Positions 39,396-52,667 of a DNA stretch of 64,000 bases are shown here, in pieces (position 1 is the stretch's first letter; the number at the start of each line of letters is the position of its first letter). This DNA comes from Tubulanus polymorphus (taxonomy: Eukaryota; Animalia; Nemertea), in the NCBI RefSeq assembly GCF_964204645.1, contig NC_134029.1:9450850-9514849 (forward strand). Direction: 5' to 3'. Made by a program: the position numbers and the translations under genes. The notes under the pieces were generated by a model that had not been told where the DNA came from, searched no databases, and saw only the letters and a program-made list of their open reading frames with translations.

Positions 39396-42300
39396 ATGGT
39401 AAGTACATTTTGTTACTTTACTATTCGTGGAAACCCAAATAAGTCATGAAAATAGACCAGATCGGCTTCTTTTTTAGGGTTTTAATATGTAATAGATGAT
39501 ATCTAAAGACTAAGCACAGGCACTTGAATATGGGCTTTGATAATGGATAAATATTTGATAATTCACCAGCGATATGTTAATCCTACTTTGATAGATCCGC
39601 CATGTTTTATAATAAATTTACCCATGATGCAACGCGCGGCCGTCGTTTAGCTATACTATACAGAAAGGCTGGAAACGATCCTATCTCCGTAATGCTTTAA
39701 TCTACCCGCAGTTATCGGGACAGCCGAACACTGCCGATGATTGCCGAAGTACGTCCTTAGTGTCAATTTTAATCCTGATATATAAGGAGCGCCCATTATT
39801 TCAATTGTAGATGATTTTTTTGGAAGCATTGACACTGTTTTAGCTCCATCAAAGATTTTAAATGGCAACAAAATTGATTTTTGAAAATTTGCGATGCCTC
39901 TTCGGGATTGCTGTGACGTCATCTGTCCCGATAACTGCGGGTAGATTTAAGCATTACGGAGATAGGATCGTTTCCAGCCTTTCTGTATAGTATAGCTAAA
40001 TGACGGCTGCGCGTTGCATCATGGGTAAATTTATTATAAAACATGGCGGATCTATCAAAGTAGGATTAACGTATCGCTGGTGAATATCAAATATTTATCC
40101 ATTATCAAAGCCCATATTCAAGTGCCTGTGGACTAAGTAAGACTTGTAAGTGACGGACGCTTCGTCACTGCAGCTTGATTTAATCTTTACGACTAAGATT
40201 AAGAAATCATAATGATTCGAAAACAACCTCGTTCACGTATGGAGTGTAACAAAAACACTCAAAATAGTGTCAGTGACTAAACTGAGAAAATTAATTGTTG
40301 TCAATGAAACTGGAAATAAACTCTTACTAACTCTTAAAGTCTAGGGCCTATCAATTTTATTTCGATGTTGAAATTGTTCTGTAGATTTGGGCCCCGAGCA
40401 TTAAATTATTGAAGAAATTAAATCAAATCTTATTGTTAAGCTTGGAAAATGAAAACTGATGCCATATAGTTAAGTGGTGGGGGACAGAACATGAAACTTC
40501 AACTTTAAGGTTCGATTAATTTCCGGTTTACTAAAAATTTTGGCTTAGGCCTATATTTTGATTAGGAAAATTATGACGAACCTGTTCATTTCATCTGTAG
40601 ATCAAATGAAATTCAATTTTCTATGAAAATAACTTGACCCATTTCTTAACTAAATATAAACTGGTCTTTGGCTACCCGGGGTAGGTCGGTTTACCACTGC
40701 TAAAAAGATTACTATTTCGATTTGTATCAGGAATTTTTCAATGGTTTATAAACCACTTTGTAAAACCCGAAATGTAAAAACCGACATTATGGTGAAACTG
40801 AGACGGTTTGCAAGATTGAAGAATTTGACCTGGTGTTAATTTAGAAATTAGCTCCATTTGAAAAGTAAAGAAAGACAAGAAAAAATGTAAGACACGTTGA
40901 AACGCTTCAATCGGATAATTTTTTTCTGCCAGAAAAAAAAATCGAATAAATTATCAGCAGTAAAATTTAAATGTCAATACAAAAATTGATTTCTCTCCCG
41001 AGAAATATTTATTTGTTTCTAATTCTCGGGGGAATGTCGAGTACCGGGAATCTACGGCTCAAAATTAATAGTGCACGTGGCCAGCGGTACCGAATTCCTT
41101 ATTTGGTGAAAGAAGGGGCGGAGACTAATGTTTTTGCCGACCGCGATGTCGCTGCTCCGCGGAGCGAGACCGTGCCGCCGATCCGCCGCGCTGCCTTGAA
41201 ATTTTAAGCAAATCGTACGACAACGCGACTCATCGCAGTTCTAGGGTCAGTAAACTTGATAAATGATCACATATTTAAGCGCTGCGGCTGGGGTTGACTG
41301 TCGCACGCGCGCGAGAGCGTAATTCTCCGGGATTCGAACCTGCGATGGCTGAACCGGGTGCGCCGGCGCATGGTTTGTTTATTATGAATTCGCTCCCCAT
41401 TGCTAAGGGAATTTCAGCTATTTTCGAACCTGTTCAATCAACGCGGTTCATTGTTAAACTATTCATCGACCCAATCTTGTTCGAAATTTCATGAAATAAA
41501 TAAATTCTGAAATAACCCGATCCATAAATCACCTTATTTTAGTTATTTCGCTGCCGGATTTTAGCGTGACGTAATTCTACTTCAGATTTCCCCATGAACT
41601 TCAAACCGGACGTCAAGTGACGTCATTTTTTTGACGCCTTATAAAACGTTACCATTATGAAACCTAAACAATGCTAACCATTCAGCGTCATTTTACAAAC
41701 GACAGCCGTAAATCGATGTGCAAAACGTCACAGGTTTATGTGTACACAAACAAGCTATCTGGCAAAATATTATTGACATAGATGTAGAATGGCTTCCTGT
41801 GATTATATAATGACCTATATTTGAACGTCGAAATGTTATATTGCATTGAATATCATTAGAAGACGTATTGTAATAGTAAAGGATGTATGATTATATCAGA
41901 AGCGGCAGGCATAAATAGAAATGATAAGTAAATCGGATTATTCGGTTAAATGGCGGATGTATACACGATGCGGAAGTCTGATATAAAAGTCAGACCCTGA
42001 CGTGGGCATGCCGGTGGAATGACGAAGCTATCTACGATGTGTGTAGGGCCGGCGTGAATTTCATCAGCGGCTACAAGCGGTCAATATGAAAATGTGTAAA
42101 CATATAATTTCAATATTCAATCGTTTGTGAAAATATGTTTGATATTAGGAGTATGCAAGTTTCGTGAGATTAGCAATTTATAATAGCATAGCTGTCATAT
42201 ACGGCTCCGTGTCCTCTGATGGCATGTGTATTAGGTGACAATTCAATTTAATTCTTTATTGATCCTTATTACATTGAAATTCCGGGATAAAATTCCCAAA

Positions 42301-45300
42301 TTCAATAAATGCAAATTTTAAAATAAATTAATACAACATACATGACACACGGGTAATTCATACAGAACAACATAAGCATGTTATTTTAAATGACAATGTC
42401 TACTTCAACCCACCCAGACTCAAGACTCTAGGAAATCGAGTGGCCAAACGCGTGGCCCGGGGACCGGGCCGGCTGGCTAGGCCACACGATATGCTCGAAG
42501 TCATAATGAAGCAGACATCAGAAGAGCTCTTTCTTCATCCATGGAGGCAATGAAGTTGCAGACCAGCTTAGAGGCATAAGTAAATGAAGTCGGTCGCAAG
42601 TTCGCGATCAATTATTGAGAATTTTCAATAAAAAAAAATTAAACCACTACTAGAGTCGAAGACCTGTATCATCTACCCAATCGCCAAATCTCATCATTCC
42701 CCAAATTTCTTAAAACTTCGATTTCAAATTTGCAATTCCACATTAGCTTAGCCCAGAAATTCTACATTTTTTTCCCAGGCGTCAAATAATTTTCTAAAAT
42801 TAATTTTCTTGTTTCTGACTTTGTCAGCTAGTCAGAATCGGTTAAGAAGACACTTCGTAGTATCCACATATACGCGTTTACCAAAGGGACGTCCTCCGGG
42901 TGCCTTCGGCGCCCGGCGTCCGTCTATAAATAATTAATTGACGTATATTAACTGACTCCTCACTCCTCAGTGACTGACTGGTCTGACTCGCGGTATGACT
43001 GCAGTTAAGGTGTCCCTAATGGTTATGTACCTAACCTTACCATAACACTATTCTTTAATGACACTAGCGCCACCCAGTGGATATGTGACCCAAACTGCAG
43101 TTAGACCGATAGGTCTTTTGTAGGGACACACGAGCATATTTTTTCGCCAGATCGCGTAGATAAGATTCGCCAGCGAATTCGCTGACGAATTTACGAGTGG
43201 GCACAGGTAGAAATCAAAGTGAAATTCTGACAGCAACTGGCACTTAGTGGGAGAGCGTTAACAAATCACATGATATCAACAATAATGCATCCTATTGGTT
43301 GATAAAAATGGATCGTGATAATCTCGCAAGAATGGCGCTAAATATTAACTGCAAATAAATTCAAAATATCACAGAAATATGTCGTGTTTTTATTGTTTAT
43401 TAATCCGCTATAATGTTGCAATAAACAATTGGCTGTTAAGGATCAGTATCAGGCGGACGTGACGCTTTTCTATATAAAACTTCAAGGGACCATACTACAG
43501 CCTTTCAATATTTGCCCTCAACAATCCAACCCCAACCATGATCATAACACTTAAACTTGACTAGGACACTAATTCAAACGCAATTCAAATGCAAAAATGA
43601 TTTTGGTTGGCAAAATAACTTTTACTAGAATAATGTCCAAAATATCCAAAAATTATCCTTTGGACAACAAACACCAAAATTTAACCATTGAGGAAATGGA
43701 TTTTGATATTGCCACCCAAAAGCTGATTATCTCATTATCATTTTAATTTTATCGTCTAGTTCTGTTTTGATAATTTATCTTTTTTTGTAGCCTCAGAACG
43801 AGCACATAGAGTTACACAGAAAGCGTCATGGCTATCGATTTGATTACCATGAACGCAAACGAAAGAAGGAAAGTCGTCTGCCCCACGAGTTATCAAAGAA
43901 AGCCAAGAAACTGCGTGGATTGAAGGCTAAACTCTACAACAAACAGAGGCACTCGGAGAAAGTACAAATGAAGAAAACGTAAGTTAATGTTATTGAAGTT
44001 TTAATAGACCAGGGGCAGTATTTATTTTGACCCCCAAGGATTAGCTCAATTTGGAACTCATGGTTATAAGGTGAAACTGCTCTGCAAAACGTGCAACCTG
44101 GGTAAAAACTCCATAAGTTTTATGCGCAAATCGGTTATTTTACTTTGGCTGGTTGAAAACTCATTGGAAACTGGAAGTAACCAATAGTAACTTCAAAAAC
44201 TCAACTTCACCTTTTTTAATAAAACAGGGCTCTAGGTTTATGTTTACATTCAATAAAACCAGGCTCAACAGGCCAGATGATCTGTTGGTGTATCTTAACT
44301 GACCGATGATATTCATTTATTGATATTTATAAGCTGGGTAGCTCCAATGTGATTCATGGGTTAGCAATACATGTACTGAGTAGACATCGGATATTTTCGT
44401 TTGATTAAGTGATTAGCCCTCAGTTCCATACATCTTGATCTAAGTTTGGCCCTCGGGCTAAACACTTCGACTATTAACTCAGATCTCTGGAAGGGCCAAC
44501 TGGGCTCAGGAGTTAGTTTCATAGTTTGAAAATTTAAATCTATCGGGGTTTAGTTCTATTATTTGAAAATGAACTGCTTTTAACCGTTGAGAGTTGAATT
44601 TAGAGATGTTTATGCCTAGTAAGAGATTTTCATTTTCAATTTGAAGGTTGAAGATGCACGAGGAGCGAAAAACTAAACAGAAAACTGATGACAAAGTGGC
44701 CGAAGGCGCTGTACCGGCCTATTTGTTGGACAGAGAAGGACAAACTAGGGCTAAAGTACTGTCAAATATGATAAAACAGAAACGAAAAGAAAAAGCCGGT
44801 AAATGGGAGGTTCCGCTGCCCAAAGTGAAAGGCATGAGTGAGGCCGAGGTGTTTAAAGTTGTAAAAACAGGGAAAACGCGTCGGAAAGCATGGAAAAGAA
44901 TGGTGAAGAAAGTGTGCTACGTCGGAGAAGGATTCACGCGTAAACCGCCAAAATATGAACGATTTATTCGTCCCATGGTAAGTTCATTGATAATGTGATA
45001 TACAGCGGACTTCGCACAAGTCAGATCTTTTGGAACCATAAAAATGACTTGAGTGATATCTGAGTTGGATGTTATGTATTTTATATATAGTGTCACAAAA
45101 AAGTATTTCAAAAAGCATCCGTGTTGAACTGTGATCCGAGCTGATCGGATCCGAATTGGGTGGAGTCTCGTAAAATGATGCAGTAGTACCCCTTTACCTC
45201 AAATCATTTTGAACCAATGAAAGTGATGAATGGGGTTTATGCGGATGAAAGCCCATACAGCAGAGAGCACTGAAGTCGCATACACCTAACTTGGCCAAAT

Positions 45301-46062
45301 GTGCTCTTATATCAAGACTGGAAGTTGTGAAATTTGCTATAGAACTATATGGTCTTAGACTGGTCCCAAATCTAAGTCATTACTGAGCAACTGTTCCCAG
45401 ATTCGGACACTTGAACATTGGGCTTTCTTCTGTTCTTCCACTAGGCTCTACGTTTCAATAAAGCTCACGTGACTCATCCTGAATTGAAAGCAACGTTCTG
45501 CTTGCCTATAATCGGAGTGAAAAAGAATCCCAGCTCACCAATGTACACATCGCTGGGAGTCATCACAAAGGGAACTGTTATCGAAGTAAGGCAATCATTA
45601 TATTGAAGTTTCCAGACATAAATTATTCACAGATGAACTACAGTAATAACTGCTCAATTGGTTAACCATATAGTTCTCTAGAATGTATAACTGTATTATA
45701 AATCTTAATTGTTGGTGTAGTGGAAAATTGGGTAATTAATGTAGTACAGAATTATCTTTCTTCATTTGAAAAAAGGCACTATAGCCTAAAAGGAGGTCGT
45801 TAGGACCCCCAAACACACCCTTCGGGGACCCATGTTGTCTCTTAGTCATTTGTAAATTCATGGATAGAAATAAATTGGGCATGCTGAAATTAGTTGGAAA
45901 ATGCAGTCCTGGTATATATTATTCTTTCTCTTCAATTTTTAGGTCAATATTAGTGAATTAGGTCTCGTGACGCAGAGTGGTAAAGTTGTATGGGGTAAAT
46001 ACGCTCAGGTTACAAATAATCCTGAAAATGATGGCTGTATCAATGCTGTATTATTGGTGTAA
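39396..46062 (+). CDS. NSA2: Ribosome biogenesis protein NSA2 homolog, 260 aa
   Basis: Exons 39396-39398 (ATG|gtaagt), 43791-43978 ([21 protein letters not shown]), 44647-44977 ([11 protein letters not shown]...[12 protein letters not shown]), 45445-45585 (AHVTHPELK) and 45943-46062 ([23 protein letters not shown]) sum to 783 nt. Confidence 0.95.
39515..40130. mobile_element. Foldback MITE with P-element-like ends in NSA2 intron 1
   Basis: Near-identical inverted arms of about 208 bp (39515-39723 and 39923-40130) starting CACAGG; 7-bp TSD GACTAAG. Confidence 0.9.
41626..42813 (+). mobile_element. Dispersed repeat family B, copy 2 (NSA2 intron 1)
   Basis: Starts TTTTTGACGCCTTATAAAACG and ends AGGCGTCAAATAATT...TTTTCTTGTT; subterminal inverted TTTGACGCCT/AGGCGTCAAA. 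Confidence 0.85.
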
Positions 46063-46199
46063 ACAGGACAACATTTTCAATAAAAAGAAATTGCATAACA
46101 GTTTTCTCTTTGCATTCATTGCATTGTATTGTTTTGAAGAAATATCAGATGAGTCTGTAAAGGTCTCGGGTGTGGGAAGTTTATTGACCCTGTAAGTTA

Positions 46200-47773
46200 A
46201 TTAGGTATTTGCTGGGCTTTTTGAACTTCTCAACCAACTTCTCATCCTCAAGATTAATGTTCGCTCACACAACTTTAAGTTACACAACTTCGTCGGAGCA
46301 CTGCATGCTCGAAAAGGATCAAGAAGAAATCTTATGCACAATCATACTAGCAGCAGTAATCGAAAAAGTGAAAATCGTGAAGAGAATACAGCGGGGTTTC
46401 TGCACGTTACAACATGACTTTTCGTAAAGGGAATTATTGGAAATCGAAATATAGTCAACTTGCGTCCTTGATAGACTGTATATAATTTGTATAACTGGTA
46501 AGTGCTAATTAATATTCCGTACATAGATGTATTATAAATCAGATGCTAGAATGTGTTGATGTACGCGATCAGTTCTTGTGTTTGTTTTACAGACAAAGCC
46601 GCTTTTATCAGGACTAATCCAGACAATGTTTGCAGTCCATTTGTTATCACAGGAAAATTACTTTTTATCCAGATTTCCCAAAAATCATTTTTGGTCCCAA
46701 ATGATCCGAATTTAAAGTGGATTCTACGGTAAAAACATGTATACTCAGATGTGGTGATGTACACGCGCCATCAGCGCCGGCCGGCGGAAGCAAGTTCACA
46801 TTGGCATGGATCATATCATCCTCCCATGGTAGGGACTCGAATCATATCCGACCCCACGAGGCGTTAACCGAGGGAAAAATTCGTGCCTATTTTTTTCTTC
46901 ATGGGGTTCCTTCGGTGGTCTTCCCCGGAGAAATCTCTTTAAACAGTTGCATTTCGTTGGCTCTTGACTATTTGAGACCATAGTTTTCCATCAGCGGCGG
47001 AACCAGGGGGTTGCACAGGGGGCACGTGCGCCCCCCCTAAAGTCCTCGCTAATTTTTTTTTTCGTGAGAACGAAGACAAGCATGTGAAAATCCCTGAAAA
47101 TGCGTAAGCTTATGTCGTTGTTTACAATTACCAGCAATTTTTTTTTACGGCAGTCCTACATCATGTTGTTTCATACTCTGATCGTGCCAAGAACGCGTCT
47201 CCGCGCATCTAATTTAAAATTTTTTTCCCCCAGACCCCTACTTGGATTTGTGCGCCCCCCTCCATGGAATCCTGGATCCGCCGCTGCCCGGTATCATAAT
47301 TCATGTCGATTGGGTTACAGATTGTAATGTTTTAGAGGCAGTTGTTAAATATGCGTCGACCACACATTTGTTTTCAAAAAAATAATCATCGGTAGCCCAG
47401 CCGAAGCTGTTCCGGTTCCGCTCTGTGTATACGTTATAATCGACAACACGTGCAGGGGCAACTGAAACGGCTAAATTAAGTTAAATATGCCGATTTGTAA
47501 AGCATTTAACAAAAATATAACATTAGCCTTACTGTAATTACCGGAACCGTACAGGGACCGTCGTGCCAAATACAAATGATACCGATATTTGTAATATAAG
47601 CGTTCTGTTCCGGTTATTACAGTAAGTTCTGTGCGTACTGCCATCGCTCTTAAAAACGCGCTTAAATTCTGACACCGAAACACCGATTGATGGCGCATTG
47701 ATTCGTCGGGTAATCTATCAGTCGCTGAAACATTGGATGGAGCTGAGAAAAAGTCATTGGAGTCAGGAATCAT
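46200..47773 (-). pseudogene. Possible decayed intronless GPCR gene
   Basis: Fragments in different frames lie in TM order: AYITNIGIICIW (TM1-like), ANVIFLLNAL...PFQLPLHVL (TM2-like), LQTLSGLVLIK (TM5-like), CRNPAVFS..FR (TM7/H8-like). Stops, frameshifts and a MITE at 46991-47286 interrupt it. Boundaries are approximate. Confidence 0.3.
46991..47286. mobile_element. hAT-like MITE (CAG(C/G)GGCGGATCCAGG family)
   Basis: CAGCGGCGGAACCAGG ... CCTGGATCCGCCGCTG; no clean TSD; related ends near 36314-36619, 53812-54055 and 60604. Confidence 0.6.
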
Positions 47774-48737
47774 TTGATATAATAATCAAATGTTTTATTA
47801 GTACATGTAAATTCAATTTGAACCATCCGAATGAGTATTTTCCGTAACACCTCACAACATAGACTGGTTGCCTACCGAATCGACTTGCAACCAGTCTCCC
47901 TTTTATGTGTACTCGATTCCAGGTACAGTGTGCACGTATTTCGATTACATGTTGAGTGCGACCGAATACATACCTGCCCGTGCATCGCCCTCGGCAGGGA
48001 TTCCATGCTTATGGCATCGATACACTCAGCTACAGCACGAACCCCTGCCACACTATAGACCGGTTGCGCAGGCTTATTCGCGGGTGACTTGAATAAGAGA
48101 CTGAGGTAATGAGAAGTCATCTATGGATTTTTTAGACGTTTTCGATACTTCAGAATGCGTTTTTACCAAAGTTTTAGCGCCGAATCGATTTAGGGTGATA
48201 AAAAACAAAAACTCGAATTGGTAATTGAAACGGGAACAAGTAATGGTCACTTATTCCGTATTCGAAAAAAATATTAACCAAACCGGAAACAAGTAACGGT
48301 TGTTACTGTCTTATTGATCAATCCGAAATTCCGAACACAACAAAACAAGACTGAATTTTTGAGATGGTTTTTATAGTTGTCATCTGATCATTTTGAGTTT
48401 CGTTAAGAAATTGAAGTTTCGAAGTTAAGTAGAAACTAAACATATTTAAACATAGTGAATAAAACAACCATTAACCGATGAACGAAGGACCCCTAATTCT
48501 AAAATCATTGAGATTTGAAACTTCAACTTCATTATTATAGTTTTCACAAGCGGTTTCCAGCTAGCATTGGGAACTGGTTTTGAAAAATTAGATTTAATTC
48601 AATCGACTAATTGAAAATGCATCTAATGAACTAATTTATGCTGCGAGTTTTAGTCCTAAACTCACACCTGTGGAACTGGGCCTTGGTCGGTGAAACCATG
48701 GACAGAGTCCACATGGTGAAACTGGTGACTTCATGAT

Positions 48738-50632
48738 CTACCTGTTAATCTTTGAGAGGACCTCTTTCGCAGTCTGGTTTCCGGAATGCATAGCTCCGTG
48801 TACATAACCAAACGCAGTAGCTGAATACCCCTCGCCGGCGAAATACAACTTATCATTCAAAGGGGCGCTCATCAGAGCGTGATTCTCAGCAGACATCCAC
48901 GGAGGCCAGTTAGTATAGGTGCCGAAATACAGCGGGTTAGTATGCCAGTCGGGTACAATGATTTCAACGGGTTCGGGAACCTGTGCTCCGTACATGCTTC
49001 TCAATACAGCGGTTAATTCAGCTTTAACAGTGTCTACGGACAGACGTGATACTCTATCAGCCTCGTCACCGAACACAGTAGCCAACAGCATATTGGTACC
49101 AGCAGGATGAAGACCTTCGGCTTCCAGACTTTGCCATAGAGTGTAATAACCTTTCGTCGGATGGGCGAAAACGATGTATTCTTTGTTATCCCAGAATCGC
49201 TGGACCTTCTTGTCAAATCTCATGAATATTTTCGTGTAGGTTCCCATGCCGAAACTGTCGAAGGCCACTTGTTTTTGCGGACTTAATCTAGGTATGAAGT
49301 TGACCGCGTCACTTTGCATCACTCCAATGCTGAATGTACATATAGCGTAGTCACCTGTGAAAATCTTACCCGTCTTTGTCTCGACCTTGACACCGCTACG
49401 TGATGAGCCGTAGGCCACCTTGCTGATCGTTTCGTTAAGGATGAGTTGTCGGTCACGGTTCGTTAGAAATTCGTCTGCCAATTTCTCCAGTATAAACCCA
49501 AACCCTCTCTGATCGGTTACGAAGAAATCTTTGTGCGCGAAATTATCCTGCATCGTCTGATAGTGAAGCACCGACGTCATTTCCGGTGTGGCAGCGTTCC
49601 CGTACCCCAGATGAGCAGTCTCGAGTGCCGTCTCAAGGGTTGTTCTTCTCATAGGCCAACCTCCGTAATGTAAAGCCGCGCTTTCAGGTATATCAGCCAT
49701 TTTGTTTTGCGTCATAAACGCCGCAAGCACTTGAGCACCATCTATAGCCTTCATCAACTTCGCAGATATCTTAAATGCCTCGCGCGTGACGTCATTTCCG
49801 GTCGCATCGCGAACCATCAGATTTTCTTGGTTCGAAATGATGCCGGATAGATTGTATTTCTTGGTTAAATCCCACAGCGGGTTCCCGTCAGTACCATGGA
49901 CCCAATTGGCTCCGAGTTCGATTTTCTTATCGCCGAACTCGGTAGCTTTCACTCTTCCGCCGATGTGGTTTTCGGCGTCAATGATAATGAAATCATTGAC
50001 TCCGTGATCGTGTAGATATTTAGCGGCCGAAATACCCGCAGCTCCAGCTCCTAGGATTAATACTTTAGCGTGACGTGGGGGCTTTGCACCTGAAATTGAC
50101 AGAAGTAAGGTGTGAAACGATTGTACACCCTACATTCAAATACATCCTGTATTTCCGGTATTAGTATTTTCGTGACTGTTTTGAAATTTTTGACAATAAC
50201 TTATTGGATGGGCGTTATAGAGAGCTATGAAACAAACTACAATGTAAATACATTAATATATATGTCAAGAAATAGGGGACACCCGTCCAGTCTGAGAAAG
50301 TGTTCCTACCAATAAGAAGTTGAGAACCGTCGAGAAAGCCTAATTGAAGTGTCTCCAGCGTTGAGACACCGTCCACTGGAAGAGTGTTCTTCTACCCATA
50401 GGGAAGCACCGGGAAAATGGTCCTATACGCATATTAAAGGAGACACTGTCCACACAGCACACAAAGTGGTCTTCTACGCATTAGGAGACACCGTCAAGAC
50501 TGGGCGAGTGATCTCTCCGCATAAAGAGTCACCGCCAAGATCACGTGGGAACACGTCATTGAAGTAAAACTTACAATGTATGGCTAGCGCCGCTGCTAAC
50601 AACATAACAGCAATTACAATCGACTTCTTCAT
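48738..50632 (-). CDS. Secreted flavin amine oxidase of the plant/fungal polyamine oxidase type, 469 aa
   Basis: Exon 50632-50575 (signal peptide MKKSIVIAVMLLAAALAIH) splices in phase 1 to 50089-48738. FAD motif VLILGAGAAGISAA, IGGRV, ELGANWVHG, FFVTDQRGF, YTKIF, LYFAGE, GYVHGA. Confidence 0.9.
50270..50545. repeat. Degenerate tandem repeat in the polyamine oxidase intron
   Basis: Recurrent GAGACACCGTC...AAGTG(T/G)TCTTCTAC(C/G)CAT units. Confidence 0.5.
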
Positions 50633-52303
50633 CGTGTATGTATAAGTACCAGCTTCAAATAGGTCTTATACTGTTTCTGTAAAAATCGAAAATATTAGAA
50701 ATTAGAATCAGCATGATATAATCTGACTGTAATCCTTAGATTCTTTTAGAAAACCATTTCTTATAGTTATCCCATGAATGAATATTTGAAGACGGGATAC
50801 CAGACGAGACCTCCGTCGTCGATAGTTCCAACCGAAAGGGCTTTAGCTCAGCAAAAAAAGAAGGTAAAAATGCCCAAATATATGCAGAGAATTAATAGAC
50901 ATGATACCGTATATAGTACAACAAAAACGATTTGCTTTGATCTGATTAATGATACCAGCAAGCTGGTAGTGTCCTGTGTGAAATTTAGTTATTCGATATT
51001 TGTCATCACGATAAAAAAGAATTTTCGTTTAATGCTTTCGACGAAACTTTTTATAAAATTAATTTCGACATTGGCTACTAATATCTAAAAGCCGGGTTAA
51101 TAGTGTTATGACGAGTGGCAAAATGTGGGAATGGATTTGTCCTAATTCTGGAAAATTTTTCACCAGTGCTGGACGCTCCCGTTAATCCAAATTATCGTAC
51201 ACGGGCACGGCTCCCGTAACGATAACCTCATCTTGCATTCTGATATAAATGGATATTTTTATCGGACGGAAAAATCGCGTGCGAAAACATCAAACGCGTT
51301 CGATTTGTTGCGATGATGCGATGAAATCGGCTCCGAAAGCCACTGCACACTTTGACGATGATGCGATATACCATGCGATGAAGCGATCATACGATCAACC
51401 GCAAAGGTGTGTGCGCCTTGCTTTAGAGAAGAAAATATAAGACTACATTACTTTTACGTATCGCGCATCTATTCATCCCTCATGAATTTGCACTTTTCCA
51501 ATTGCGGTATTAAAACTTTCAAAAAACTTACATTCCAAAATATTCGCGCAAAATGGAGTCTTTGCTTTTCCTTTCCAAATCTAAAAAAACAACGTATTTT
51601 ATATTCACACTTACCTTTCTCACCTATGAAGCTCTGTAACAGAACGAGAGGAGGTAAAGCTGACTGTTCACACGATCTCAGACACGGAATCTGCAGACGA
51701 AATACTTATACAGAATAAACTGAATGGGCGTTTCCAATTTAACAATTTAACACATCAATATTAATGACAACGTGTCCGCATAATTCGCATCTGCTTCAGG
51801 TTCGGAGACCATGAAAACATTGTTACGGTTTATTTTCTCGATTTTAATGAGAATCGCAGCTGCAATAAACCCGAAAAGCAGGTCAAATAATTGCCTGATA
51901 TATTGTATGTATTCCATCCCATTGATAGCAATTACGGTTAATGTGGTTCGTTTCAGATTGTTTGTAGGCAAATAAACAACATGTGCCACCAATTTTGTTT
52001 GCCTTTTGTTTGTTGCCTTTTTTTACGAGCATGGTATCGATAATTTTGATGTTCAAATTATGATCGACTCTTTTTCAAGCGGCGTCACCCATCGATAAAT
52101 AGCGATTTTGTTTTGGATATATAGGTTGAAAACCCTTAAACAAAAAGTAACTAAATTCAAATAATTTATTTTGGAGCGCACAAAGAAAAAACCACGCAAG
52201 CACTAAATTTGAATTTCATAGATATCAATTTTATCTAGAATAATGTATCTCTTTGGTATTGACATGAATAATGTTTTTATTTATTACCCATTCTTGATTT
52301 ATA

Positions 52304-52632
52304 GGTTCAAGTCCAGTATAGCGTGGAATAGTTCCCCGCTCAAAGATACATTTTTAGAAAAGGAGTAAATCGGCTGCGTACTTTTCAAGACAAACCGACA
52401 AACCGACATACCGACAAACCGACGAACCGACGAACCGACGAACCGACGAACCGACGAACCGACAAACCGACATACTCGTATTCCCTCGATCCAGCCACGG
52501 GTAATCCACGGAAAAACCCTGTCCCTCGATCCTAGCCACATTAAATAAGGGTAATCCACAGAACCACGCAGCCCCTCGATCGCCACATTATATAAGGGTA
52601 ATCAATAAGGGTAATAATAATATAATAATATA

Positions 52633-52667
<35 letters not shown>

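Noticed and set aside
45220-45275. Intronic C/D snoRNA candidates (also about 4436-4490 and 5808-5840)
   Set aside because: RTGATGA and CTGA boxes are present, but spacing is short, there is no terminal stem and no rRNA complementarity was recognised; snoscan or Infernal would be needed.
48738-50632. Oxidase as bacterial or fungal contamination
   Set aside because: It has a spliceosomal intron and a signal-peptide exon, and is embedded among repeat families shared with the rest of the window.
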